A stretch of 64,000 nucleotides of DNA from an uncultured Candidatus Saccharibacteria bacterium (GTDB taxonomy: Bacteria; Patescibacteriota; Saccharimonadia; Saccharimonadales; UBA10212). The notes beneath the pieces are model-generated. The model was given only the letters and a program-made list of their open reading frames with translations, was not told the DNA's origin and did not search any database. Position 1 is the stretch's first letter. The number at the start of each line of letters is the position of its first letter. This document shows, piece by piece, positions 27,701 to 37,678 of the stretch. Location: NCBI GenBank assembly GCA_965231085.1, contig OZ246413.1, positions 27,991 to 91,990 of the forward strand, given 5' to 3'. Made by a program: the position numbers and the translations under genes.

Positions 27701-29917
27701 ATGGCAGCCAAAAGAAAAACTTCTCTAAAAAGTCGCAAGAAGGCCAATCAGGACCGCAAAGATAGAACAGCATTTTGGCGCAGTATTGGTGCAGTCAGTC
27801 TGATAATAGCCGGTATAATTTTAGCCTTTGGTTCATTTATATCTGCCCCAATACCGAAAGATTTTTGGGACGGTGTTTGGTGGGCGTTTGGCGCAGCCAC
27901 AATATTTGCTCCGTTTGCTTTACTTTATCTTGGCTCACTTAAGTTTTTGAGCGAGGACCGTCAGATACCGTTACCTAAAATGGTAGGAGTACTTGGTCTA
28001 CTCGTGTTTTTTGCGGGTTGGATGCATGCCCTATTTATTCATCATGACAGCGTGGGCCTATGGGTTGGCGGCCACGGTGGAGCAGTGGGGAAGGCAATCG
28101 GTGCATTGCTGGTAAGCGCTCTCGGAAAATTTTTGGCCACCTTGGTCTTCTTTTTACTAACTGCTTTTGCGGCATTATTTACGTTTGCTATAGATCCTAG
28201 GTCGCTGGGTAAAATCATTGAATTCTTTAGACGCGAAAAGCCAGAAAACGGTGATGAAGATCTAGCTGAGCTTAAAAAGAAAATGAACCCAGACTTCCAG
28301 CTTAACGAGGGGGTGCCAGTAGAGCATCATAATCAGGGGCGAATGACTAGTATGCGTAACACTGCTCAAAAGCTTGCTCCAGAGCAGGATCATGCAGCAT
28401 TGACTATTGCCAGCGACCCAACCTGGCAATTTCCATCAATTGATCTACTGGATTCAAAACAAGACAAAGCCGATGCTGGCGATGTAAAAGGTAATGCAGA
28501 GATTATTAAAGATACGTTCTCTAACTTTAATATCGATGTAGAGGTAGAGGGAGCCAATGTCGGCCCCCGAGTCACTCAGTACACTTTGAAACCGCCTAAC
28601 GGGGTGAAATTGAGCCGCTTAACGGCACTTGAAAATAACTTATCTCTGGACTTAGCGGCTAGTAGTATTCGTATGGAAGCGCCAATACCCGGCAAACGAG
28701 CGGTTGGTATCGAGGTGCCTAATGTAAAAGCTGCAACTGTTACCATTCATGGCATATTATCTGCACCAGAATGGCACGAGTTGAAAACTCCTCTAGCCTT
28801 TGCTATCGGTAAGGATATTACTGGTATCCCGGTTGTTGGCGATCTAGAACGAATGCCTCACCTTCTGATTGCTGGTCAGACTGGTTCTGGTAAGTCGGTC
28901 ATGATTAACACCCTCTTAACCAGCCTTCTATACCGTAACAGTCCGTCGGATTTGAAACTTATATTGGTTGACCCCAAACAGGTTGAAATGGCGCCATATA
29001 AAGATATCCCACATTTACTTAGCCCGGTAATCACTGAACCTGAAAAATGCATAAGTGCACTTAAGTGGTCGGTTGCCGAGATGGAGCGTCGACTAAAAGC
29101 TTTTGCCGAAGTCGGCAAGCGAAACATTGGTGAGTACAATGCCCTTAAAAAAGATGAGGGCATGCCATATATCGTAATTGTAATAGATGAGTTAGCCGAT
29201 CTCATGATGATGGCGGCTCGTGATGTTGAAGCCTTAATTGTAAGACTTGCCCAAAAGGCTCGAGCGGCAGGTATTCACCTCGTTGTGGCCACGCAGCGTC
29301 CAAGCGTAGACGTTATCACAGGTCTAATAAAAGCCAACGTACCGGCCAGAATTGCCTTTACGACAGTAAGCCAAGTGGATTCCAGAACGATTATTGATCA
29401 GGTAGGGGCCGAGAAGCTGCTTGGACGTGGAGACTTACTATTTAGCATTCCAGAATATATGAAGCCAAAGCGTGTTCAGGGCGCACTCATTGGTGAAGGC
29501 GAGACAGCCAAGGTTTGTGACTTCCTAAGAAGCCAAAGACCGCCACAATATGACGAAGAGGTTATTAGTCAGCCAGTTCAGCTCACAGGCCGGGGCGGTA
29601 TGGTATCTAGCCTTGGTCATGAGGATGAAGACGACCCAATGCTCAAAGACGCTGTGAACGTAGTGGCTACGGCCGGTAAGGCCAGCACTAGCTTGCTACA
29701 GCGCAAATTACGTGTAGGCTACGGTCGTGCCTCACGCCTTATGGATATTATGGAAGAGCGGGGTATTATTGCCGGCTCAGATGGTACAAATCGCCCACGT
29801 GAAGTCCTAGTGTCTAGCGCAGATGATGTCTTTGGCGGCCAAGACGAGACACCAGCACCAGCAAAGGTTGGGGGCAACGACGAAGACGTTTACGATGACA
29901 TGCCAGAAGATAATTAA
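27701..29917 (+). CDS. ftsK: DNA translocase FtsK/SpoIIIE
   Basis: N-terminal TM helices, Walker A AGQTGSGKS, C-terminal gamma-domain-like LLQRKLRVGYGRASRLMD. Confidence 0.93.
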   Translation: MAAKRKTSLKSRKKANQDRKDRTAFWRSIGAVSLIIAGIILAFGSFISAPIPKDFWDGVWWAFGAATIFAPFALLYLGSLKFLSEDRQIPLPKMVGVLGLLVFFAGWMHALFIHHDSVGLWVGGHGGAVGKAIGALLVSALGKFLATLVFFLLTAFAALFTFAIDPRSLGKIIEFFRREKPENGDEDLAELKKKMNPDFQLNEGVPVEHHNQGRMTSMRNTAQKLAPEQDHAALTIASDPTWQFPSIDLLDSKQDKADAGDVKGNAEIIKDTFSNFNIDVEVEGANVGPRVTQYTLKPPNGVKLSRLTALENNLSLDLAASSIRMEAPIPGKRAVGIEVPNVKAATVTIHGILSAPEWHELKTPLAFAIGKDITGIPVVGDLERMPHLLIAGQTGSGKSVMINTLLTSLLYRNSPSDLKLILVDPKQVEMAPYKDIPHLLSPVITEPEKCISALKWSVAEMERRLKAFAEVGKRNIGEYNALKKDEGMPYIVIVIDELADLMMMAARDVEALIVRLAQKARAAGIHLVVATQRPSVDVITGLIKANVPARIAFTTVSQVDSRTIIDQVGAEKLLGRGDLLFSIPEYMKPKRVQGALIGEGETAKVCDFLRSQRPPQYDEEVISQPVQLTGRGGMVSSLGHEDEDDPMLKDAVNVVATAGKASTSLLQRKLRVGYGRASRLMDIMEERGIIAGSDGTNRPREVLVSSADDVFGGQDETPAPAKVGGNDEDVYDDMPEDN

Positions 29918-30762
29918 TTCAAAGCAGTTATAACTAGCGCAATAACAATAACGGCAAACCCGACCAACTTATGGCCTAGTTTTCGTTCGTGGAAAGCAAT
30001 ATTACCAAACAGAATCGCAAAGAGCAGCTCGGTGCTTCGGGAGAAAGTCGTAATTACTGAGGCGGGAGCGTATAAAAATGCAAAGCTACCGATTGTTGTA
30101 CCGAGGCCAGTAAATAATGACTGTGTTTCAGTGCGGGCTTTGTATAAATATTTCCAAGTTCGTTCTCTTTTATGTATCCATGCAGCAACTGTAAAGTAGG
30201 CTGTCAACACTAGCCCGACTACGATTTGTTCGGCAGCTATTGAGTTAAAGTGAGTGATATCGTACTTAAACAAAGTTATGTTAATGACAGCCAGTAACGC
30301 CAGTGCAATCACGTATCTACTGCCTTTCTTACTTAATGTTTTATCACCAAGCAGGAACAAAACGGTTCCAAAAATTATCATCATCCCAAGCATGCTCAGA
30401 GCGCTTATTTTATATCCCAAGATAATATCTACCACAAGTAGGAGGGGAATTGTAAGTTGGCGTAAAAACGAAAAAGTGCTTAGCTCTGCTTTATGGATAG
30501 CAATAGCGCCAATTTGGGCCATTATGATTTCAATTACGAGTCTTGGCAAAAAGTACGGCAGGGACGATCGGGAGAAATGGAAATTTGCTCCAAAGGCTAC
30601 AAAGACCATCAAGAAAATAGTAAACCAAAAAACATTTAAGAAAGCATATCCATAGATCGTCTCTTGGCGCTTTGCCATCGATTTCTTGCCGATGGCAGTC
30701 CCAGACTGTTGCAGCAAGTTGCCAAAGGCCATTATAAATAGGGCAAACATATTAAGTGCCAT
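29914..30762 (-). CDS. EamA/DMT-superfamily-like polytopic membrane transporter
   Basis: 282 aa with about 10 hydrophobic segments. Confidence 0.55.
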   Translation of the reverse strand: MALNMFALFIMAFGNLLQQSGTAIGKKSMAKRQETIYGYAFLNVFWFTIFLMVFVAFGANFHFSRSSLPYFLPRLVIEIIMAQIGAIAIHKAELSTFSFLRQLTIPLLLVVDIILGYKISALSMLGMMIIFGTVLFLLGDKTLSKKGSRYVIALALLAVINITLFKYDITHFNSIAAEQIVVGLVLTAYFTVAAWIHKRERTWKYLYKARTETQSLFTGLGTTIGSFAFLYAPASVITTFSRSTELLFAILFGNIAFHERKLGHKLVGFAVIVIALVITALN

Positions 30763-30914
30763 TATAAGCTAAAAGCATAAAAGACAAGAACTGCTAGACT
30801 AATATCGCGCACTTTACAAACAGGGGTAAATAAGTTAAAGTAACAGGGTTAACAACTAATTCAGCTCAGGGCATCTATGGCGCCTGGGCGAAACCCAAAG
30901 GAAGGAGTTCATTC

Positions 30915-31292
30915 ATGAACCAGTACGAAATCGCTGTACTATATCACCCTGATCTAGAAATTGACCTAGAAAAGGCTGAATCTCGGGTCAAGAAAATTAT
31001 TGACGAGAACGGCGGGAAAATAATCAAAACTGATAATTGGGGCAAGCGCAAACTAGCCTACGTTATCAAAAAGCAAGAGTTCGCAGTTTACGTTTTCTAC
31101 ACAGTAGAAATGCCAGCCGAAGGTGTAAATAAGGTGGAGCAAACCCTGAATATCACCGACGAAGTAATTAGATTCCTAATTACCAAGCCTGATCTTAAGG
31201 CAATGGCTAAAGCCGAAGTCGCTAGGGCCGAAAAGGCTAAAAAGCAGGCTGAGCGTGGTGAGCGAACCGAAGAACCAGCAGAAGAAGAGTAA
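30915..31292 (+). CDS. rpsF: Ribosomal protein S6
   Basis: MNQYEIAVLYHPDL..WGKRKLAY, in rpsF-ssb-rpsR order. Confidence 0.9.
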   Translation: MNQYEIAVLYHPDLEIDLEKAESRVKKIIDENGGKIIKTDNWGKRKLAYVIKKQEFAVYVFYTVEMPAEGVNKVEQTLNITDEVIRFLITKPDLKAMAKAEVARAEKAKKQAERGERTEEPAEEE

Positions 31293-31320
31293 AATAGGGA
31301 TATAAGAGGGAGCTCAAATT

Positions 31321-31791
31321 ATGGCACGAAGTTTTAACCAAGTAGTTTTAATGGGTAATCTCACCCGCGATCCAGAACTACGCACAACGCCTAACGGCAA
31401 TAATGTTTGTTCGTTTAGCTTGGCCCTAAACCGTAGCTACAAAGCAGCCGATGGCAGCTGGACAGAAGCCACCGACTTCATAGATGTAGTTGCTTGGGGC
31501 AGTCTCGGTGAACGAGTGGCGCAGTATCTAACCAAAGGCCGTCCGGCGCTAGTTAGCGGCCGCTTACAGAGCCGCAGCTGGGAGCAGGATGGTCAAAAGC
31601 GTAGCAAGGTGGAAGTTATTGCCCAGGACGTAACGTTCCTAGGTGGTGGCCAAGGTGGCGGGCAGGCAGCAGGTGGTGCCGACAACGCAGACAAGCCAGC
31701 ACCAAAAGCAACTAAAAAAGCCGATGATGAAGAAGTAGTTATCGAGGATATTGGTGACGAGCCGATCAACCTTGACGACATACCTTTCTAG
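31321..31791 (+). CDS. ssb: Single-stranded DNA-binding protein
   Basis: NQVVLMGNLTRDPELRTTPNG; Gly-rich linker; acidic tail ending DDIPF. Confidence 0.93.
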   Translation: MARSFNQVVLMGNLTRDPELRTTPNGNNVCSFSLALNRSYKAADGSWTEATDFIDVVAWGSLGERVAQYLTKGRPALVSGRLQSRSWEQDGQKRSKVEVIAQDVTFLGGGQGGGQAAGGADNADKPAPKATKKADDEEVVIEDIGDEPINLDDIPF

Positions 31792-31994
31792 CACTTAGGT
31801 CGTGTCGGCCTGCTTCTGGCAAAGCCAGAATGCCGCCGCCACTCTTGACGCATTGCTGCGTCGGCTGCCTAGAAAATCTCGCTCACCGTATCCTGATACG
31901 ACTCGCTCGACTTTCGTGGCCTCCTTGCACTGCACTCAAGCCTAAGCACTAGACAAACTTAACAAAGCAAATTACTAAGAAAGGAACAATTAAT

Positions 31995-32198
31995 ATGGCA
32001 AAGATTTTTAAGAACAGAACAGACGTAGCATTTTTTGACTACAAAGATTTTAAGACGCTTCAGCGTTATGTGAATCAGTATGGTCAGATTGAGCAGCGCA
32101 AGAAAACTGGTTTACCAGAAAGCAAGCAGCGTCAATTATCGCGTGCTATCAAACGCGCACGTCACCTCGCACTATTACCATTCGTATCTAACGCGTAA
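31995..32198 (+). CDS. rpsR: Ribosomal protein S18
   Basis: DYKDFKTLQRYVNQYGQI..RQLSRAIKRARHLALLP. Confidence 0.9.
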   Translation: MAKIFKNRTDVAFFDYKDFKTLQRYVNQYGQIEQRKKTGLPESKQRQLSRAIKRARHLALLPFVSNA

Positions 32199-32204
32199 AT
32201 TGTC

Positions 32205-32771
32205 ATGGCCTTGAGTATTACTGACCTAAAAAAGGGCACAGTCTTTCAACTGGACGCAGTTCCGTACAGAGTTTTAGAGTATAGCCAAAAAGTGATGGGT
32301 CGCGGCGGTTCAATTGTAAATGTGCGCATTAAAAGTTTGATTGACGGCAAGGTACTAGAAAAGACATTCAAAGGTAATGAGCAAATAGATACAGCCGACG
32401 TAACTAATAGACCCACCCAGTTCCTGTATGAAGCTGGGGGCCAGTATTTTTTTATGGATAATGAAAGCTACGATCAGTTCGAATTGTCCTTGGAGGAAAT
32501 GGAGGGCAAAGCCGGCTACCTGAAGGAAGGCGACATAGTTACCGCCCAAATGTTTGATGGTCGAGTTATCAATGTGGAACTGCCTAAGAATGTGCCGCTA
32601 AAAGTTACCTATGCCGAGCATGCGGTTAAGGGCGATACTAGCAGTGCCATTACTAAGGAGGCGACTCTAGAGACCGGCATTAAAGTAAAAGTACCAGCCT
32701 TTATAAAAGTCGGCGATCTTATTAGCGTTGACACTGCAACTGGCGCTTACAGAGAACGCGTTAAGGATTAA
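32205..32771 (+). CDS. efp: Elongation factor P
   Basis: 188 aa. DLKKGTVFQLDAVPYRVLEY and the three-domain length. Confidence 0.92.
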   Translation: MALSITDLKKGTVFQLDAVPYRVLEYSQKVMGRGGSIVNVRIKSLIDGKVLEKTFKGNEQIDTADVTNRPTQFLYEAGGQYFFMDNESYDQFELSLEEMEGKAGYLKEGDIVTAQMFDGRVINVELPKNVPLKVTYAEHAVKGDTSSAITKEATLETGIKVKVPAFIKVGDLISVDTATGAYRERVKD

Positions 32772-32772
32772 T

Positions 32773-33492
32773 ATGGGCAAGAAACGGCTTGATGTAGCGC
32801 TAGCAGAAGCTGGGATTGTGTCTAGCCGCTCGCAGGCCGAAAGCTATATCAAACTGGGTAACGTTAGAGTTAACGGACAGGTCCAGACTAAGGCCGGAAT
32901 ATTGATTAACGAAACCGACAAATTAACAGTCGAGACAGCCGTTCAGTATGTTTCACGAGCCGCTTTGAAATTAGCTAGCGTAGCTGATAAGTTTAAACTG
33001 GATTTTGCTGGTAAGACCGTTTTGGACGTTGGCAGTAGTACCGGTGGTTTTACGCAATTCGCGTTGCTTGGTGGTGCAAAAAAAGTCATAGCCGTTGATG
33101 TTGGCACAGACCAGCTTCACCCCAACTTGCGTACCGATAATCGAATTGAACTCTACGAAAAAACAGATGTTAGAAACTTAAAAATTGATGAGAAAGTAGA
33201 CATTGTGGTTATTGATGTTAGTTTTATTTCAATGCGACAAATATTGCCGGCTGTTAAAAAGTTGAGCAATAAGGATACTCAGATTATTGCAATGCTCAAA
33301 CCTCAGTTTGAGGCGAGTAAAAACGAGGTTAATAAGGGTGTTATAAAAAACTCCAAACTTCGACGTAATATTATAAAAGAGTTTGAAGATTGGACGAAAA
33401 AGTACTTTAAGACTCTGGATAAAGCCGACAGTAAGGTCGGTGGCGCCAAAGGCAACATAGAACGCTTCTATCTACTAAAGATTGTCGTCTAA
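32773..33492 (+). CDS. tlyA: TlyA-family rRNA 2'-O-methyltransferase (S4 + FtsJ domains)
   Basis: RLDVALAEAGIVSSRSQAESYIKLGNVRVNG and VLDVGSSTGGFTQ. Confidence 0.85.
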   Translation: MGKKRLDVALAEAGIVSSRSQAESYIKLGNVRVNGQVQTKAGILINETDKLTVETAVQYVSRAALKLASVADKFKLDFAGKTVLDVGSSTGGFTQFALLGGAKKVIAVDVGTDQLHPNLRTDNRIELYEKTDVRNLKIDEKVDIVVIDVSFISMRQILPAVKKLSNKDTQIIAMLKPQFEASKNEVNKGVIKNSKLRRNIIKEFEDWTKKYFKTLDKADSKVGGAKGNIERFYLLKIVV

Positions 33493-33715
33493 GGAGTTAT
33501 TTGTTACACTATTTATGGTGGTTGTCGTGAACCAGTCCGAAATATAACGTTTCGCAGGGAGTCTGCAGGGTCTAATAAGACCGGGACGCAAACTTGAGAA
33601 GCTCGGACTTTAAGCCTAGTCGATGGTTGAAATACGCCGCGGCCGCAATGGCTTACAAATCTGACAATTAAAATGGTTTATTCAATGAACCGTCGATCTT
33701 TGATAAGGAGGCAGT

Positions 33716-34108
33716 ATGCGCCTGTTCGCACTATTGATGTGCTTGGTTGTCGTGGTTGGCCTGACGGCCTCCTCGGCTAGCGCTGAGCGACGCATGGCAA
33801 GATCTATTGCCGGAGATTTGCAGAACTCCGCGCGGGAACGGTCTTGCCTCCGTTACAACGAGACAAGAGGTAAAAGCCAACCCTATGTCGCTCTAAATGA
33901 CCAGGGGAGCGGTGCTAAGGGCGCCTACCAGTATATGGATGGGACCTGGCAATATGTACTAGCTGTGGCCGAAGTCTATTACGGGGTTGAGATTTCATCA
34001 GCCCGTGATGCTCGTTCGGCTTCGCCGCTGGCCCAAGACATCGTTACGGCCTTTGCCGTTGAACATCCCCAGATGCTCGACCATAGGCCCTGGCCTTACT
34101 GCTACTAG
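33716..34108 (+). CDS. Small secreted transglycosylase-like (Rpf/SLT-like) protein on a GC-enriched islet
   Basis: Signal peptide ...LTASSASA|ERR. CLRYNETRG..GAKGAYQYMDGTW resembles the catalytic-Glu plus GxYQFxxxTW signature. SD AAGGAGG lies 5 nt upstream. 20 of the first 30 codons end in G/C. Confidence 0.6.
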   Translation: MRLFALLMCLVVVVGLTASSASAERRMARSIAGDLQNSARERSCLRYNETRGKSQPYVALNDQGSGAKGAYQYMDGTWQYVLAVAEVYYGVEISSARDARSASPLAQDIVTAFAVEHPQMLDHRPWPYCY

Positions 34109-34246
34109 CCTACGAAGAAGAGGGGCGTGCACTATAACACCTAGTGCGCGCCCCGTTGTCACGCGATAACCACCAAAAATAACCTTTTTGTAATTATTCT
34201 CGGGAAGATAGCCCGAGAGTCGGATTCATTCCGCTCCCGGCTCTGG

Positions 34247-34267
34247 TAAGAAACCTCATAATGAGGT
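34247..34267 (-). terminator. Terminator of ychF
   Basis: On the minus strand: ACCUC-AUUAU-GAGGU followed by UUUCUU, about 20 nt after the ychF stop. Confidence 0.55.
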
Positions 34268-34286
34268 GTCTTATAAGGCGAAGCCG

Positions 34287-35360
34287 CTATACATTAAATC
34301 GAAACTCGACCACATCGTCGGGCTGCATAAGGTAAGTCTTGCCCTCGGTCCGGATTTTACCGGCTGCTTTAGCGGCTGTTTCTGAGCCCGCAGCCAATAA
34401 GTCCGCATAGCTAACAACCTGAGCGGCTATAAAACCTCTCTCAAAATCAGTATGGATGACGCCAGCCGCCTGCGGAGCAGTCGATCCTTTAGGAATTGTC
34501 CAGGCACGAACTTCTTGTTCTCCAGCTGTCAAATAACTTTGCAAACCAAGTACGTCGTAGGCAGCATGAGACAGTTGGTCGAGCCCGCTTTCGTTTTGAC
34601 CATAGCTAGCCAAAAGCTCCTTACGGTCAACTTCATCCAAACCTTTTAGCTCGCTTTCTATTTTGGCACAGACGAATAGGGCTTTTGCTGGAGCTACGAC
34701 CTGGGCCAGCCCCTGCTTTTTGGTTTCATCTTGTAAGACGCTTTCGCCAACGTTGAATACGTAGATTATTGGCTTGGCGGTTAGAAGCTGAAGATCGGCG
34801 ATGTGGTCAAGATCAATGGTTGGATCTGACCAGACAGGTCTGTTGTCATCAAGCATAGTTTTGACGCGTAAAACTGTGCCATAAACTGGTTTCAATTTAG
34901 CATCTATACGAGCTTCTTTCTCGAGTCGGGGCAGACGTTTTTCAACAGTTTGAATATCAGCTAGAACAAGCTCAGTATTTATAATCTCTATGTCATGCTT
35001 TGGGTCAGTTGATCCTGAGCGTTGGACATCTGCGCCTTCAAAAGCCCTAACCACTTGGCAGATAGCGTTACAGGAGCGAATGTGTGATAAAAACTGATTG
35101 CCTAGACCTTCGCCCTGGCTAGCGCCAGCCACCAAGCCAGCAATATCCACAAACGTTACGGTTGCTGGAATTATCTTTTTGGATTTATAAATTTCGGCTA
35201 GCTTTGCAAGCCGTTGATCAGGTATTGGCACGATCCCAGTATTGGGCTCAATCGTGGCGAAAGGGTAGTTGGCTGCCAGTGCATTGGCGTCTGTCAGCGC
35301 GTTAAAAAGGGTGCTCTTGCCTACGTTTGGCAGGCCTACTATACCAATAGATAAACTCAC
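34287..35360 (-). CDS. ychF: Ribosome-binding ATPase YchF
   Basis: GIVGLPNVGKSTLFNALT; TGS-like C-terminus. Confidence 0.93.
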   Translation of the reverse strand: MSLSIGIVGLPNVGKSTLFNALTDANALAANYPFATIEPNTGIVPIPDQRLAKLAEIYKSKKIIPATVTFVDIAGLVAGASQGEGLGNQFLSHIRSCNAICQVVRAFEGADVQRSGSTDPKHDIEIINTELVLADIQTVEKRLPRLEKEARIDAKLKPVYGTVLRVKTMLDDNRPVWSDPTIDLDHIADLQLLTAKPIIYVFNVGESVLQDETKKQGLAQVVAPAKALFVCAKIESELKGLDEVDRKELLASYGQNESGLDQLSHAAYDVLGLQSYLTAGEQEVRAWTIPKGSTAPQAAGVIHTDFERGFIAAQVVSYADLLAAGSETAAKAAGKIRTEGKTYLMQPDDVVEFRFNV

Positions 35361-35444
35361 AGGAGTTATTCTACCTCTTTTAATCTTGAAAAAACAGATC
35401 TATCCGGCTACAGTCTAAGTAACTTAATAGTGGAGCAGCGACAG

Positions 35445-36494
35445 ATGTCCGAAATAGTAACCAGCCACGGCAACGAAGAAGCATTCGAACAACAATTCAA
35501 GCAAAGTAGGACAATCGAAAGCCAAGGAGGAGTAGTAAGGTTCGTTGATATAGCGCCCTCTGCTGAGAAGATCGAAGATACAGTACCCGTAACAGTAGCT
35601 AGTGGTTTTGGGCTTGGTCCGGATGCGTATAAGGGCCCTGCTGAAACTATCTATAATTCTGGGCGTAGAGGCATACTGTTAGAGCATGCTCGAAGAGGTA
35701 AATCAAAGCTAATGGATGATTCAAGGTCATTGGAGCATCTCAGACAAACCATGGATATGGTCAATATTCTTGAAGCCGCCGGCATTAACCCGGATAAAAT
35801 AAAAGAAGAGTTACAGAAGGCACGAAGCATGGTGGACGTACTACGGGCATCAGGAGTTGAACAAACCGATGTAATTGCTCACTCAGAAGGAACCATATAT
35901 ACCGTTTTAGCTGCACTTGAAAATCCAGAACTATTTCGTTCGGTAGTACTTATTGGCCCAGCGGGAATGATCGGAGAAGATAATATCCTACAACTCGGTA
36001 AACGTTTTTCATCAGCTGCAAGGAGTAGCCTTTGGGGTAAGGATAAAAAGCAGAATCCAGAAGCCGCCAAAGCAACAAACAGGAGCGTTAATAAACACGT
36101 TGCTAAAAGTCTGCTTAATTTTAAGTTTCTTCGTGAAGCGAATCAGATTGCTAAAACGCCTATCGACCAACTTCTATTTTCGCTAAAAAAAGAATCTAGA
36201 CAAAAAGGCCGGGAAATACACGTTGGGTTAATACAGTGGGAGAGCGATCCAGTCTTTACATCCGATCGAATAAGACAGCATGTAGCACTGGAAGGTGTGG
36301 AAAAAGTACTGGACAATGGTGATGTTGAGAGCGTTGTTTACAATGCCAACGTTAGTGCCAATTCCGCGCCCGGTAATATTGACGCATGGGCTTCAGTTGC
36401 TGATCGAGATGCTGGGCATGGGGATTTGCAGATAGACCCCAATTCTAGTACAGTTGCCGCTCTTGATATGCTCAAGACACTAAACTCACAATAA
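35445..36494 (+). CDS. Alpha/beta-hydrolase-fold protein
   Basis: Nucleophile-elbow-like VIAHSEGT. ATG 35445 lies 9 nt after GGAG; the track start is GTG 35430. Confidence 0.5.
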   Translation: MSEIVTSHGNEEAFEQQFKQSRTIESQGGVVRFVDIAPSAEKIEDTVPVTVASGFGLGPDAYKGPAETIYNSGRRGILLEHARRGKSKLMDDSRSLEHLRQTMDMVNILEAAGINPDKIKEELQKARSMVDVLRASGVEQTDVIAHSEGTIYTVLAALENPELFRSVVLIGPAGMIGEDNILQLGKRFSSAARSSLWGKDKKQNPEAAKATNRSVNKHVAKSLLNFKFLREANQIAKTPIDQLLFSLKKESRQKGREIHVGLIQWESDPVFTSDRIRQHVALEGVEKVLDNGDVESVVYNANVSANSAPGNIDAWASVADRDAGHGDLQIDPNSSTVAALDMLKTLNSQ

Positions 36495-36535
36495 ACAGCC
36501 ATCGACGGGTATTAACTGTTATATAATGCTTATGT

Positions 36536-37627
36536 ATGAAGTTAGCTAAGCCAATTGGTCTTTTGTTTATTCTCCTTGCTTCAATTATTGTGATTCCCGC
36601 CTCAGCCTATGCCGATACAAAACCATATTTCAAAGTTTTTGGCGGGGATGTTTTTGTTGGCGGTTGGTTTAATGCGACCACTACCCCTTGTACCACAGGT
36701 GATACAAATTATCAGGCGCCAACTTTTAACCCCCTAAGTAACCAATTTAAAGGGGGCATATTAGCATTTGCCAATGGACGGCATGGATCCTCCAGTGATT
36801 TTGGCGCCTTTGCTATGGGTCTAATACAGGGTGATCCGGCTAATACCTATGGATTTTACACAGGCCAAACAAGCGGTGTAAGTACTTTGAGTTTTTCTAA
36901 CACGAATAGCGGAATAAGCTCCAATTACTGGGGCGGATATTTAGCCGGTGCTACTCAACAAATACACTGCATACCAGACTACTTTACTAATAAGCAAAAC
37001 AAATCAACCCCACCAGCACCTACGCCGGGAGGCACTAGTTTTAATGTTGGTTCTTTAGCTAACGGGCAATATTTAGCTCCAAGTGGTCAGACCAGTGATA
37101 TTACGGCTGGTGCCAATGCAACCATTAACCCAGGCTCAGCGGTTACTGTTTTTATTGATGGCAACGCATACATTAGCCACAATATTGCCTACGCAGCGGG
37201 CTATACGGCCGATAACGTACCAAAACTCGCCATAGTCGTACGGGGCAATATTTTCATAGCTCCTTCTGTGTCTAACATTGATGGTTTATTCATTGCTCAA
37301 CCTAATCCATCTAGTGTGGCTACGACTGGTAGCTTATGGACCTGTCATGATAGCTCAAATACCACCCCGGACGGCTACTGGGTTTATGCTAATTGTGGCT
37401 CAAAACTAACTATTAACGGCGCAATAATTGCCAAACAAGTTAATCTAATGAGAATTAATGGTGATCTTCCAGCCGCTCCGGATAATGAAGCTTCGGGCTC
37501 GGCTAATATAGCGGAAACAATTAATTACATCCCGGCGATGGTTATCGGAGGGTCATTCTTCAATCAGAGCTCTAGCGCGCAGACCCCCAAGATAAATAGT
37601 TTGATCAGTTTACCCCCGATTTTCTAG
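36536..37627 (+). CDS. Secreted hypothetical protein (signal peptide), upstream of the pilus genes
   Basis: MKLAKPIGLLFILLASIIVIPASAYA|DT. No recognised domain. Confidence 0.5.
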   Translation: MKLAKPIGLLFILLASIIVIPASAYADTKPYFKVFGGDVFVGGWFNATTTPCTTGDTNYQAPTFNPLSNQFKGGILAFANGRHGSSSDFGAFAMGLIQGDPANTYGFYTGQTSGVSTLSFSNTNSGISSNYWGGYLAGATQQIHCIPDYFTNKQNKSTPPAPTPGGTSFNVGSLANGQYLAPSGQTSDITAGANATINPGSAVTVFIDGNAYISHNIAYAAGYTADNVPKLAIVVRGNIFIAPSVSNIDGLFIAQPNPSSVATTGSLWTCHDSSNTTPDGYWVYANCGSKLTINGAIIAKQVNLMRINGDLPAAPDNEASGSANIAETINYIPAMVIGGSFFNQSSSAQTPKINSLISLPPIF

Positions 37628-37678
37628 TAGTTTTTTGATTATCAAACCATACCCCTTATGCTATACTGAAGAACAACT

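Noticed and set aside
31830-31952. A 40-codon ORF (MPPPLLTHCCVGCLENLAH...) inside the ssb-rpsR spacer, considered as a Cys-rich micropeptide.
   Set aside because: It has no SD or promoter context. The region is better explained by RNA hairpins, and open frames are expected in GC-rich sequence.
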